Shown: in pieces, positions 23,375-34,620 of the stretch
Numbering within the stretch: the stretch's first letter is position 1
Layout: every line of letters starts with the position of its first letter
Assembly (NCBI GenBank): GCA_965202585.1
Contig: OZ241829.1
Span: 23,808,001-23,872,000, forward strand
Source: Thalia democratica
Lineage: Eukaryota
Direction: 5' to 3'
DNA length: 64,000 nucleotides
Program-made: the position numbers and the translations under genes
Notes under the pieces: generated by a model
What the model was told of the DNA's origin: nothing
Seen by the model: the letters and a program-made list of their open reading frames with translations, nothing else
Database searches by the model: none

Positions 23375-25357
23375 CACAGTGGGCTGAAAACGGGGATCAA
23401 GCGGCCATTGACATAAAACTGTCATAAAAAGCACTATAATACAATTTAAAGTTACACTTCGTGTTACAATAAGAATAATGTTTGTTTTTATTTAAAAATA
23501 GTTTAAAATTTTAATTTTCAATGAAACTTTAAAGAAAGAAACTTAGAAAAAAAGAAAATTATAATGGCTGCCTCAAGAGAGTCACATTTACTTCCATTTT
23601 AGTTTAAATATGAATGAATTTTCAATATCAAGCCGGGTGAAACTATACTCTAAATACAGTTTAATTTTAATTTAAGGCTGATCTTTGTATATCAAAGTTT
23701 GTGTTATTAATAACGTTACATTTGTACTAGTTTATCAATAGAAAAAAAACCGTAAACATTTTGAACAATAAAAAAATTTATTTGTTGCAAAATAGTGCAA
23801 AAAACAAAATAATTTAGCCTGTGATTTAAAAAAAGCACTTTAAATTTACTAGAAAATATAAGTCAAACAGTTAGTTCTTAAAACTTCTTTGAAGTTAAGC
23901 TTCTCAAATAAATAAAACATTCTATTCAGTAGCACAAAGCATATGTAACAACGTTTCCCATTCTGAACTACATGATGAAATTTTTTCATTTAGCTGCAAA
24001 CAACTTCGCGCAGTATGTCCGACTTCTTTACAATAAGAGCAATTCAGTCTGTCTAAAGTGTTGTTAACATCGTAGTCACTCTTGTCCCATAATCGAAATA
24101 AACAGTCTGTTAAATTTTCATACTGAGAAGTTTTCCTTGAAAAGTTCATTCTGTACAATCTTAGAAACTTGTTGTTAGCTTCCAATCCACTTTCGGTGTA
24201 ATTTAGCAAACCTCTACCGTTGTTTTGCTCAATTAAATCAGGACTATGTGCAAGAACAGTATGCGCAGTTGGTGTGAAGCGAATCCATTTAAACGACATG
24301 ACCAGCATCATTGTTTTTTGACATAAAACTGTGTATTTCTCTACATTAATCTTTTTGTTAGAATTTATCGGCCATAAAATAATGGAAACATACAAAATAA
24401 TTTTGTTAATGTTTTCTTTTAAACTAACATCAGAAATATGCTTCGTCAGCAGAGTCCTATTATTGGTGTTTAGCAAAGTTTTGACTACGTTACCTGTTGT
24501 AGAAGTTCCACCATGGCCTGTGGGATACTGTTTTTCAAGAAAACTTTTAATTTGCTAAAATAGTAAAAAAAAAACTATTTCAATAACTAAAACATATACT
24601 AAGCTACCATGTTTTGACCAATACTAACTGTTCTCATCATTCTTGGAGCTTAAATGATCTGTGAACAAAAGTAAGTGAATCTATACACATTAAGAACCTT
24701 CTAGAACATACAGAATAGTCTTTTTTGTCAAAGTGAAAAACCAGGGATAGGATATTATATCAATTTTTTTAACAGAAATATCGCTTGTCAAAACCTAAAA
24801 AAATAGTTATATTCCACATGATAGATTTGTCGGTAAATTTGTATATCGATTCCTTGTGATTTTTACTAAATTATAAAAAAAAAAATTATGTTGGTTCTAC
24901 GGTAGTGAATTGAGAAAATTAACCCTGAAGAATATCCAAAATTGCCAGAAAATCATCAATGAACTTTCGGTGAGAATAGAAGGTTTTTTAAATGAGAAAT
25001 AATATACTTTTATATTTAAATATTCAAAGAATTTTGACTTTTTTCAATTAACATTAAACCAAATAAATGAAAATACTTAAAAAAAGTATTTGTATAAAAG
25101 CTTATAAGGTGTTTTTTAACAGTAGATGTAGACCTTAACTTTGACAAAAATTTAAGCATTTTTCGAGGCTTTTTTAAACTTAAAAAAAGCAAACTTTGGC
25201 TACATTTAAGCTTACATAACTTTTAGTATACTTTAAGCAGAACAGAAACAAACCCAGTTTTTAAAAGACGAATCCCCGCTCTAAACAATTAAATAAAAAT
25301 CTTGCTTTAACTGTTTAGTCGCTAAAATAGTCAATGGCCACTTGCCAGCCCACTGTG
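23375..25357 (-). mobile_element. Transib/RAG1-like DNA transposon, internally deleted (1983 bp)
   Basis: TIR CACAGTGGGCTG...CAGCCCACTGTG, 5-bp TSD TGACG (23370-23374, 25358-25362), transposase C-terminal fragment inside. Confidence 0.9.
23922..24554 (-). pseudogene. C-terminal part of a Transib/RAG1-family DDE transposase
   Basis: Open frame GHGGTSTTGNVVKTLL...TPTAHTVLAHSPDLIE...TESGLEANNKFLRLYR..FSRKTSQ..L.D.L.RLW; Hx4H zinc ligands and E-x3-E-x2-NK catalytic helix as in Transib/RAG1; Cx2Cx3GHx4C tail. The upstream two catalytic Asp are not found. Confidence 0.85.
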
Positions 25358-25699
25358 TGACGTACTAGTAAAGCGGAACCAGAAGTCCACTAGCTCAAAT
25401 AGTTGATCCTAGTACAGCTATTTTGTTTATAGTTAGTTTTGAAAATTTCTTACTTTGAGAAGACATTGAAACCACTTAAAAATTCCTTGGAGCCGCTGCG
25501 CACTCGGTGCAAACCGAAGATATAAGTTTAAACGAAGAATGCCCCGAAGTGAATCTCGCTCTTGTTGTTGATGCCGAACCTGTTACAGAGGCGGTTTCAA
25601 GACGCAAGTAGCTCGGAGAGCATCAATATAAATCTTGAAAGTAAGCTTTTGAAAAGTTTTATTTTTACAGCCTCGAATTTATAAGTTAACTATTATATT

Positions 25700-26600
25700 T
25701 ATAAAGTTTGAATAGCAAGAACACAACGAAAATCTCGTACAGCTGTTTGCCTAATATGAGAAACATCATCAACTCACACAACAAAAAGATTTTAGAGACT
25801 GAAAACCAAACGAAAAAAACTTGCAACTGCAGAAACAAGATGAATTGCCCATGTACTGGTAAATGTTTATTAAAAGGTGTATATAAAGCAAAAGTTAGAG
25901 ATAAAGAATACATTAGTTCTACGAGAAATTCTTTCAAAACAAGGTGGCAACAACACAAGCACAGCATCCTCAAGAAATTGCAAACAACTGCCCTGGCTAG
26001 ATTTACCACATCAATATTGTTTATTAAACGACAAAAAAAGCGATCAAAATATTTGGTCCTAGGACTTGGTGCACGAAAAAACCTTTCGGTTATCGATTCG
26101 TAGACCACGGATACCTTTTAACGCCTAGCCCAGGACTGATGACAATGAATTATTCGAAATTGAATGGCAAATGCTATTTAAAATCAACTGATCAGTGCCC
26201 AGAAAGACAGATAAGTGCTCTATCTTCAACCTAGGAAGAATGGCCATTGCTGAAGCGGACAGAGATAAAGCACTTAATGTAAGAACATAACTAACTTCGA
26301 CATGCCCCAATTTTAGATCTGGTTATTTTTATTTTTTATTTTATTTATTGTTGTAATTTTTGTTTGTTATACCATCCTAAGTTTTATTTTTTCAATTTCT
26401 TTTTACTGTCAGTTTTTGCTTAGTTTTCATTTTTAAATTAATTAGTTAATTTCCCTTGTACTTACTTAAGCACGTATGACTAATTAGTTACTTTCTCATT
26501 ACCTTATATTACTATATTTGTGTGCTTCATGTTATTATATTGTTACTTAAAAAACTCTGAAGATAATTTTATGAGAAACAGTGTTAGTTAAAGTAACAAT
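25700..26600 (+). mobile_element. 5'-truncated, degraded Penelope-like element (GIY-YIG endonuclease end)
   Basis: KISYSCLPNMRNIINSHNKKIL...CNCRNKMNCPCTGKCL...YISSTRNSFKTRWQQH; continues 26131-26290 (FEIEWQML...IAEADRDKALNVR) after a 26009-26125 repeat insertion. Confidence 0.8.
26553..26589 (+). ncRNA. Degenerate minimal hammerhead at the PLE 3' end
   Basis: AACU CUGAAGA UAAU uuu AUGA GAAA C agu G UU AGUU; 4-bp stem I, stem II has one mismatch. Confidence 0.5.
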
Positions 26601-26769
26601 CCTTGAAAAAGTAAATATTTTAAAATTAAGCTCTTATATATTAAGCTTTTTATTTCATACAGTTTTATAACTTATGTAAAGCTTGAATGTATTAAGCAGG
26701 TAAAATAAAAATATTATTTTTTACTATTTAGATAGACGCCAGCCATCTCTTATGTGAAATACGGGAGCC

Positions 26770-27227
26770 GATCATTTCTAACCCGCTATCATTTCTAACC
26801 CATTCACTTCTAACCCGATCACTTCTAACCCGATCACTTCTAACCCGATCATTTCTAACCCGATCACTTCTAACCCGATGACTTCTAACCCGATCATTTC
26901 TAACCCAATCATTTCTAACCCAATCACTTCTAACTCGATCACTCTAACCCGATCACTTCTAACCCGATCACTTCTAACCCGATCACTTCTAACCCGATTT
27001 AACCCATTCATTTCTAACCCGATCATTTCTAACCCGATCACTTCTAACCCGATCATTTCTAACAAGATCATTTCTAACCCGATCACTTCTAACCCGATCA
27101 TTTCTAACCCGATTTAACCCATTCATTTCTAACCCGATCATTTCTAACCCAATCATTTCTAACCCATTCATTTCTAACCCGATCACTTCCAACCCGATCA
27201 TTTCTGACCCGATCGTTTCCAACCCAT
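26770..27227 (+). repeat. 15-bp tandem array (left arm)
   Basis: About 30 units of ccgatca(c/t)ttctaac; source of the spurious MIGLE/SNPII ORFs. Confidence 0.95.
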
Positions 27228-29625
27228 TCTACTTGTTTATTTTACTTTAATCTGGATTTCATGCAAAAAGAAACTATTCCTAACTAAGTTATTAATTTTT
27301 TTTTTAGTTTGTTTATAACATTATGATTTTCATGTGTTACGTAGAGTACATTGTTAGTTTAAATTTTAATTTTAGTATTAACTTAACATAAGTTTAATTT
27401 ATTTTTATTACCTCGTTTTTTCAATCCTACACATAATTTCAATTTTTTTTATTTTTTTTTTCTTTCAATCTTTTTTAACGGACGTTTTTCGTTAATCATA
27501 TACAATTGACTAAATAGTTAACTTTAAAATATTTTAAATTATTCTTTGTAGGATTATAAAGTAAACAGTTATAATTATGTTTAAGTTGGATCTTATAGTA
27601 ATTCACGTCACTATAATAGTTTTAACATAAGCAAATTTTAAAAAGTAAACATTTACCATTGTAATATTTAGATACAAAAACCTTTATTACGGTCTAAAAA
27701 CTACATTGTAAGTCTGTTGTAAATGTTGTATTATTGCTGACTAATGTATTTACGTTTTATAGTAGGCTAGTTTTAAGTTTCATTTTAATAACTTTTACAA
27801 ATTTTATACAACTTGCATAGGCCTATTAAGATAGTGGAATTTAAACAAACACTAGGAGAAATTAAATACTTTTGTTATATTAAGTAGAAAAGCATGATTT
27901 TTAGGTATAACCTAGATAATAGTTATGTCATATAACAAACCGCAAAAGTATATTACGTCGATTGACCGTCTTGATTTCACATCATTAATAAATTTCTACT
28001 TAGTCCTAGAGCAAATAAAAGTAACTTATAACTACACAGACATGTCTATTTATATAACAATTCCGAGGTTAATCAAATCTCGCCTAGGTAATCTTCTTTA
28101 AAAACTTCACGTAATCTATATAATATACAAACTATTTCAATTACGACTTAAATTAGTACTTTAGTTGACAAATAATTCTTTAAAATTTACTTTAGTTTGA
28201 ACAGTTGCAATAACGTAAGTAAAAACGAAATAAGTACTGAAAAACATTTTGAAATAGAATAAAAAATCAATTATTGTTAATTTAAGTATAACTAACAGCA
28301 GAAGTTTATAAAAATTCTTTCAAGTTCTTTTTTCCTTTAGTCAACTAAAACTAAAGACGATTATTACACGCAACATATTTACTTTTTATTCATTACAGTA
28401 AAGCCAGCTTGAAGACTATTGACTTTATTCTCGGTGTCTTTTGCACCTCTAAATTTCTATAAATGTAATGAGTTTTTTCTTTAGTAGAAATTTAAATCTA
28501 TAGCAGAGTTTCACAATACCAACTAATTTTATTATTTTATTATAAGTGTTTAAGTTATGTAAGTTAATCAAATAACTTAAACTTATATTTCAAATTTAAT
28601 TATCACTAAATAATCTTAGGATTTTGTGGTTTTGGAAACCTGTGAAACAATAACTTTTAAAAGATATCAAGAAATCTTTTTTAAGAAGTTTTTACTTTTA
28701 ATTGTGAGAAATTCTTTTTGCAATTTTAAATTTTGAAAACTTTTAAATTTTCATGGTAAAATTAAATTTATTTTGCTCTATATACAATATTTTTTGAAAA
28801 AAAAGTTAAATAATAAGTTTTCGAAACTCAACTTTTATAGTTAAGTTTATTGTATAATATATCTTATAATCTTTAAATATAATTTACCATTGGCTAAAAG
28901 AAAGAAAATTAAATTTTAGTTCTAGTAAATGACAGGATCTAGATATTAAAAAAAAACGTCTACCTCTAGTTTTGACTTATTAAACAATGTACACTTTCGT
29001 TTTAAGAACATAGAATTAGATAATGGTAATTTAAATAAAACCACCATACTAATTAAGATAAATAAATTTTATTAATTGTATTATTTCAAGTTTCATATAT
29101 ACTAATATAAATTTTCTTAAAAAGTTGTAATTCATATAAATTTGCCCTAAATTCAAATTCAACTTGCCAATCTGGTCTCCATACTTGAAAAATATATATT
29201 AACCATATAGAAAATCTTCAAAGAAAAAGTACGGTATGTATTTAACGGCTGCAATACTCATTATATATCTCACATTGACAACTATCAAAACTTAATATTT
29301 AATCTTTAGAATTCAAAAGACTTATACTTTTCCTAATGCTTTTTAAAACTAATTAAATACAATTAATTAATAATCCATTTTTGAACCTTTTTAGAATAAT
29401 TAATTACCACAAAAAAAAATCAAAAAATTCATGCAGTCATGGTTATCTTTCAGTTTAAATGTTGAATTAGCTTTCAAAGAAAACTAATCTTTGTAAAAAA
29501 ATTAAACAACTTTGATTTAAGTTTACTTGATTAAGATTAGATACTTTATATTAGAAACTATAAGTAACTTCACAAGTTTTAAACTTATAGACCATTGATT
29601 AAATATGTAGAATTCGGTTCATTAT

Positions 29626-31427
29626 TAGTGATGTACCGGACTCACTATCCGGGTCCGGGTCCGGCCGGATATTGCCATTTTTGTCTGATATCCGGATACG
29701 GCCGGATTCTAATTTGAAAAAAAAGTCCGGATCCGGTTCCGGCTGGACTCTAATTTGAAAAAAAGTCCGTGTCCGGTTCCGGCCGGATTCTAATTTGAAA
29801 AAAAGTCCGGGTCCGGTTCCGGCCGGATTCTAATTTGAAAAAAAAGTCCGGATCCGGGTCCGGCTGGATCCTAACAGAGATCCGGCGGACCCGGATCTAG
29901 TTAGTAAAAAAGGGTATACTGAAAAGTATTTTTTCAAAAACAAACCCTGTGTAAATTAATAAGAGTCATTTTCGTCAGTTAAAATTAAACACCTACCGTG
30001 ATTAGCTCATTCTGTACCAAGACTAATTTACATTTGTTTACATTTGAACTATGAAAAAAACATTTCATAAATGCAACTCTTTACATATCTTGTAAAATTA
30101 AAAGCTTTGGAATGAATACTTGCATTATTTATTTTTTCAAGTTGTGCTCAGAGAATATTTAGAATTAATACGTTGAATGTACGAGCAAATGAGAATCATA
30201 TGACAAAATGTTTCAAACTAAATACTGATGCAACAAAACATCAGAACATGACAGGCAGTTTATATGTAAGCAGTTAGTTAGTTTAGTGTGCAGCTTGAAG
30301 CAATAACATATTTTGAACTTTTTTGTGAATACTTATTGTAAGTAGTGTTTTGTTTTAAAAGTGAATATTTCAACTGGTGTTTAATTGTTTAAATATTTAA
30401 GCTAGGTTTAAAGTTTAATAGTTTATTAAAAATTTTTCAGTTTCTTGTTTACTAAAAGTTTTATTTAATTTTTAGTTTGTTGTTTTAAGTCTTTTGATAT
30501 AGATATAAATAGCTTCCAGATTTTAAAGTGTTACCAAAGTAATTAATAATTTTGTATATGCTAGTATTTCTTGTTGTGTTTTATATAAAAGATTCATCAC
30601 TCAAAACTGTCGTGTCTGATTATAGAAAGTAGCCTCAGTTAGAATTTAGTATTTGTTAGATATTAATTAAACAAGGTAGGATTTAATTATGATGGGTAGT
30701 ACTAATAAGTTAAGTGTACCACAATCAGTCCAAAACTTTACTACCAAATTGTCAACCTTTGCTAGCTGTCTGATTGTTAGATTAAAGTAATTTTTTCAGT
30801 TTTTAAAAACCTCATTCTGACTCCGGCTTGTTTATACTCACTCTAGCTAGTTTAATTGACTTAAACAGTGGCAACCCTGCTGGTTAGAAAATTTTTAGGA
30901 ATTTTAGAAAATCTTGGACTGCCTCAGGCTAGTTTAGTTTTTTATAAAAACTCAGGCTAATTTTCTTTTAGATTTTGAATGGTTTGAGCTGATCCAGTTT
31001 TCAATATTTTGTATTTTTCAAGTGTATTTTGTTCCAGAACTTGATTTCAGATTTTTAATTGTAAATAAGACCTAAATTTGTAAACCTTGTGGCTAGCTGT
31101 TCTACTTATTATTATATTAAAGTTCTCTTTTTTTTCAGTTTTTAAAAACCTCATTCTGACTTAGGCTAGTTTATACTAGTGATGTACCGGACTGACTATC
31201 CAGGTCCGGGTCCGGCCGGATATTGCCATTTTTGTCTAATATCAGGATCCGGCCGGATTCTAATTTGAAAAAAAAGTCCGGATCCGGTTCCGGCCGGACT
31301 CTAATTTGAAAAAAAGTCCGGATCCGGTTCCGGCCGGATTCCAATTTGAAAAAAAAAAGTCCGGATCCGGTTCCGGCCGGATTCTAATTTGAAAAAAAAG
31401 TCCGGATCCGGGTCCGGTACATCACTA
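29626..31427. mobile_element. Composite hAT-type non-autonomous element with ~40-bp GC-rich tandem repeats
   Basis: TIR TAGTGATGTACCGGA...TCCGGTACATCACTA, 8-bp TSD TTCATTAT (29618-29625, 31428-31435); a second left end at about 31177. Confidence 0.8.
30140..30640. repeat. Dispersed repeat, direct copy at about 56275-56750
   Basis: Collinear diverged match, for example aatgagaatcat...aaactaaatactgatgcaac in both. Confidence 0.7.
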
Positions 31428-31819
31428 TTCATTATATAGTTTGATTTTATTAGCAGCGCCTTTCCTCTGTAAGTAATAAACCGTTTTTTAATATTTTCAA
31501 TAGATATTTATTTGATCTGTATTCATAATGTGCTTTGGACTTTAAATTTAGTGGTTAGTCAATGCACTTAAATTTTTGTATTTATTTACAATTGTCTGTA
31601 CCTTAATTTCAATAAACAAAAAACATTGGCGAAAGTCTGCAGAACAGAAGTCCGGACTTTCGTTTGCCGTGAGACAAGCTCAAATTTAACAAAAGGATTG
31701 ATCATGCCAATTCGATCATCAGACCACAAGTTTCGGTAGACTGAGGCCAGCAAACGGTCGCTTCATGTAAAAGCATTATAAACCGTTTGTAGATTGACGA
31801 CTACAAGTTTTTCGGTTGT

Positions 31820-31862
31820 GACTGACTGATGAGTCCTAATAAGGACGAAACCGGTCTCAGTC
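31820..31862 (+). ncRNA. Minimal type I hammerhead ribozyme, intact consensus
   Basis: GACUGA CUGAUGA GUCC uaauaa GGAC GAAA CCGG UC^UCAGUC; all core nucleotides present, GUC site after 31856. Confidence 0.9.
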
Positions 31863-32772
31863 TACCGAAACTTGTGGTCTGATGATCGAATTGGCATGAT
31901 CAATCCTTTTGTTAATTTCAATAATGTTTATTTTAATTGTATCGATTATGCTTTGGCATAGCGAAAAAAATAATTGATGAAAAACAATGAAATACCAAAC
32001 GGTTGCACAAATGTACATAACCTAACTCTAAAAGTCAGGATGTGTATATCCAGTTGATGTTTGAACAAGATAAATTTTGTTCATGAACTTTGGAGTTTGT
32101 TTAAATTCTGACATTCTAGTATGTTCTAAATAAATTTTATAAAAGTAACCATGAATCTTATTTTAATGAAGAAGTGCGTGATTCAGACTGTTTTGCTGAT
32201 TGCTGCACTAAATCATTGAAATATTTTACTAAATCGTCTAAATATGTGTTGCTGAGTTTTTAAGAGAAGGTTTTTTTTGTTGAAAAGAAATCGGAACTTA
32301 ATTCTAAATTGAAATATTGTGCAGCTGTGTTTGGTTTTATTGGAACTAACTGATCGATGAAAGAATTGATGTCAAACTTGCTTATTATGAAGTTAAAACC
32401 AAATTTGTTAAAAACCTTCTCCTTCAAATCATAAATAAGTCAATTAGTATTATAATAAATTGTTGATTTCTTTTGCTGTTAATCTATAAATGTTTGATAA
32501 AACTGAAGTTTTTAATTTTAAGCTAAATAAACTTTCGTCTCTTTGTTAAGTGTCATTCAGTTTAAGTGGCCCAGATTTTGGTGCCTGGGTCTAGCGTAGG
32601 ATAACAAACTTCCAATAGCAAAAATAATGTTTTAACAAAAGCTATCTGAACATTAAGTCTTATTTTAAACAAAACAAACTAATTTCATTAAAAAAACAAC
32701 TTTATTGAGATTAGTTTGTTTCCAAAACAAACCCTTATTTTAAAACAATAATAAACAAACATACTAATACAG

Positions 32773-33115
32773 ATCGGGTTAATAGTTGTCGGGTTAGTTC
32801 GGGTTAAAAATGATCGGGTTAGAAGTGATCTTGTTAGAAATGATCTTGTTATAAATGATCGGGTTAGAAGTGATTGGGTTAGAAATGATCGGGTTAGAAA
32901 TGATTGGGTTATAAATGATCGGGTTAGAAGTGATCGGGTTAGAAGTGATCGGGTTAGAAGTAATCGAGTTAGAAGTGATCGGGTTAGAAGTGATCGGGTT
33001 AAAAGTGGTCGGGTTAGAAATGATTGGGCTAGAAATGATCTGGTTAGAAATTATTTGGTTAGAAGTGATCGGTTAGAAATGATCGGGTTAGATATGATAG
33101 CAAGTTAGAAATGGT
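32773..33115 (-). repeat. 15-bp tandem array (right arm)
   Basis: gatcgggttagaa(g/a)t units, reverse complement of the left array. Confidence 0.95.
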
Positions 33116-33349
33116 AGTAAACCGTGAAATACATAAATGGCATATGATTTTAACATGACTTAAGTGTTTAGTTTAAAATTATTTAATCAAAATTAAACTT
33201 AACTTAACATAAAAGAAAAACATTTTTATATTTAATTGCATATTATACTCTGTAAAAAAGTATTTAGTATGTACCAGAATTTTATAGGTTTAAGATCTTA
33301 AAATAAAATATTTTTAATTTTTTAGTAAGTCCTCTACCGATTTAAAAAA

Positions 33350-34620
33350 CTAAAACTGTTATAGTTGTTCAATTGTTCATAAAAGACATAAAAATTTTTT
33401 TATATGAAGTATCATAATCACAAAATACAGTTTAACAATATGTTTTAAGTTAGTCATATTGAATTTTATATAAACTTAACTTTTGTTTTATGCTTTTTTT
33501 GTGAAGTGTTAGCGAATAACTTCTTGAAAATATTTAGTTCAGTTCCATATTATATTCAACTGCCTTTTTATGTGTTGTATACTTTTATAATGATATTCCA
33601 AAAAAACTTTCAGGACAATATTAATGAACATGTATATTATCTTTAGGTTTAATTTAAATAAACAACATTAAAACAAGTTTTGTACTCTTTTCTTAAATAT
33701 TTGAACTTAATGTTAAGTAACTACTTTTTATGAATTAAATATTAAATTACATCTTTAAACTTTTTGTAATCTAACGCGGTAAATGAAAATTCTTTGCACA
33801 CTTAATAGTTTAGCATAAACTAGCTTAATATTTAAACTAGTTTTATTATAGTTTAGATAAGCTTAAAAACTGTATTTTTTAGTATTTTTGTTTATGTAAA
33901 GTAAATAAAGAACATTTTCATACTAGAGTAAGTAAATACTTAACTTTTTTTTGTATCAAATACTTACAAAACATTTGATATAAAAACAAAGAATAATGAA
34001 AAAATGAGTCGAGCTTTTAAACCTAATGTTTATTTAAAACATTTATAATTCAATAAACAATCCTAATTGTTTTTCAATCAAAAATTTAATTTTTATGTAA
34101 TATGTTAATTATTTATACTTTTTTAGACTGAATGAACTTTTAAATTTATACAAAAAATATCTTAAATTTCAGATATTTCTTTTAACTTTTTTTATGCTTT
34201 CAAAAGTAATGGTTACACACTAAACTCTTACAAACTAAATAATATTTGACTAAACATTAACTCGTTAAAAAGCAAATTTTTTGTGAATTTTCAAAAACTG
34301 ACTTGTCAGAAAGCAGCATACTGTATTTACATGTTAATTTACTCTTAAACACAATATTTTCCAACTAAATTAGTTTTTCTTTGTGTATCAATATGTTATT
34401 TTGATACGATTTTATTTATTCATTAAATTAAGTTTTAATTTCAGTATAGCCTTTTTTAATTGTACTCCAAATGAAGAAAGCCAGTTAATCAAAAAAGCTT
34501 CCAACCCCTGCAATAAACTTGTGCTGTTTAAAAAGACCACAAGAAAATATCAGATGGCTTATTAAGATTAATAATAAATTTATTTTTACTCGCTAATAAA
34601 ACTGTGCAAGTTTAGTTTAT
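33350..34620. repeat. Diverged direct copy of about 19300-21610
   Basis: Shared collinear blocks, for example caataaacaatcctaat and gacttgtcagaaagcagcatactgta; with deletions. Confidence 0.7.

Larger units (their letters stand above)
26763..33123. mobile_element. Foldback/MULE-like element (6361 bp) with long TIRs made of 15-bp tandem repeats
   Basis: Opposite-orientation arrays of GATCA(C/T)TTCTAACCC at both ends; GG termini; 9-bp TSD GTGAAATAC (26754-26762, 33124-33132). No transposase recognised. Confidence 0.8.

Noticed and set aside
26136-26165. CTGATGA...GAAA as another hammerhead
   Set aside because: No stem III or UH site and no stem I; it lies in the PLE coding remnant.
26778-27222. 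ORF-track proteins with MIGLE/SNPII/VRSDR repeats
   Set aside because: Translations of a 15-bp non-coding tandem array, open by periodicity on both strands.
26770-27227. Telomere-like or CRISPR-like reading of the arrays (TTCTAACCC)
   Set aside because: The unit is 15 bp with no unique spacers and no pure CCCTAA run; it is explained as TIR repeats with a 9-bp TSD.
29690-29880. ~40-bp regularly spaced repeats as a CRISPR array
   Set aside because: Head-to-tail repeats without variable spacers, inside a hAT-type element in eukaryotic DNA; no cas genes.
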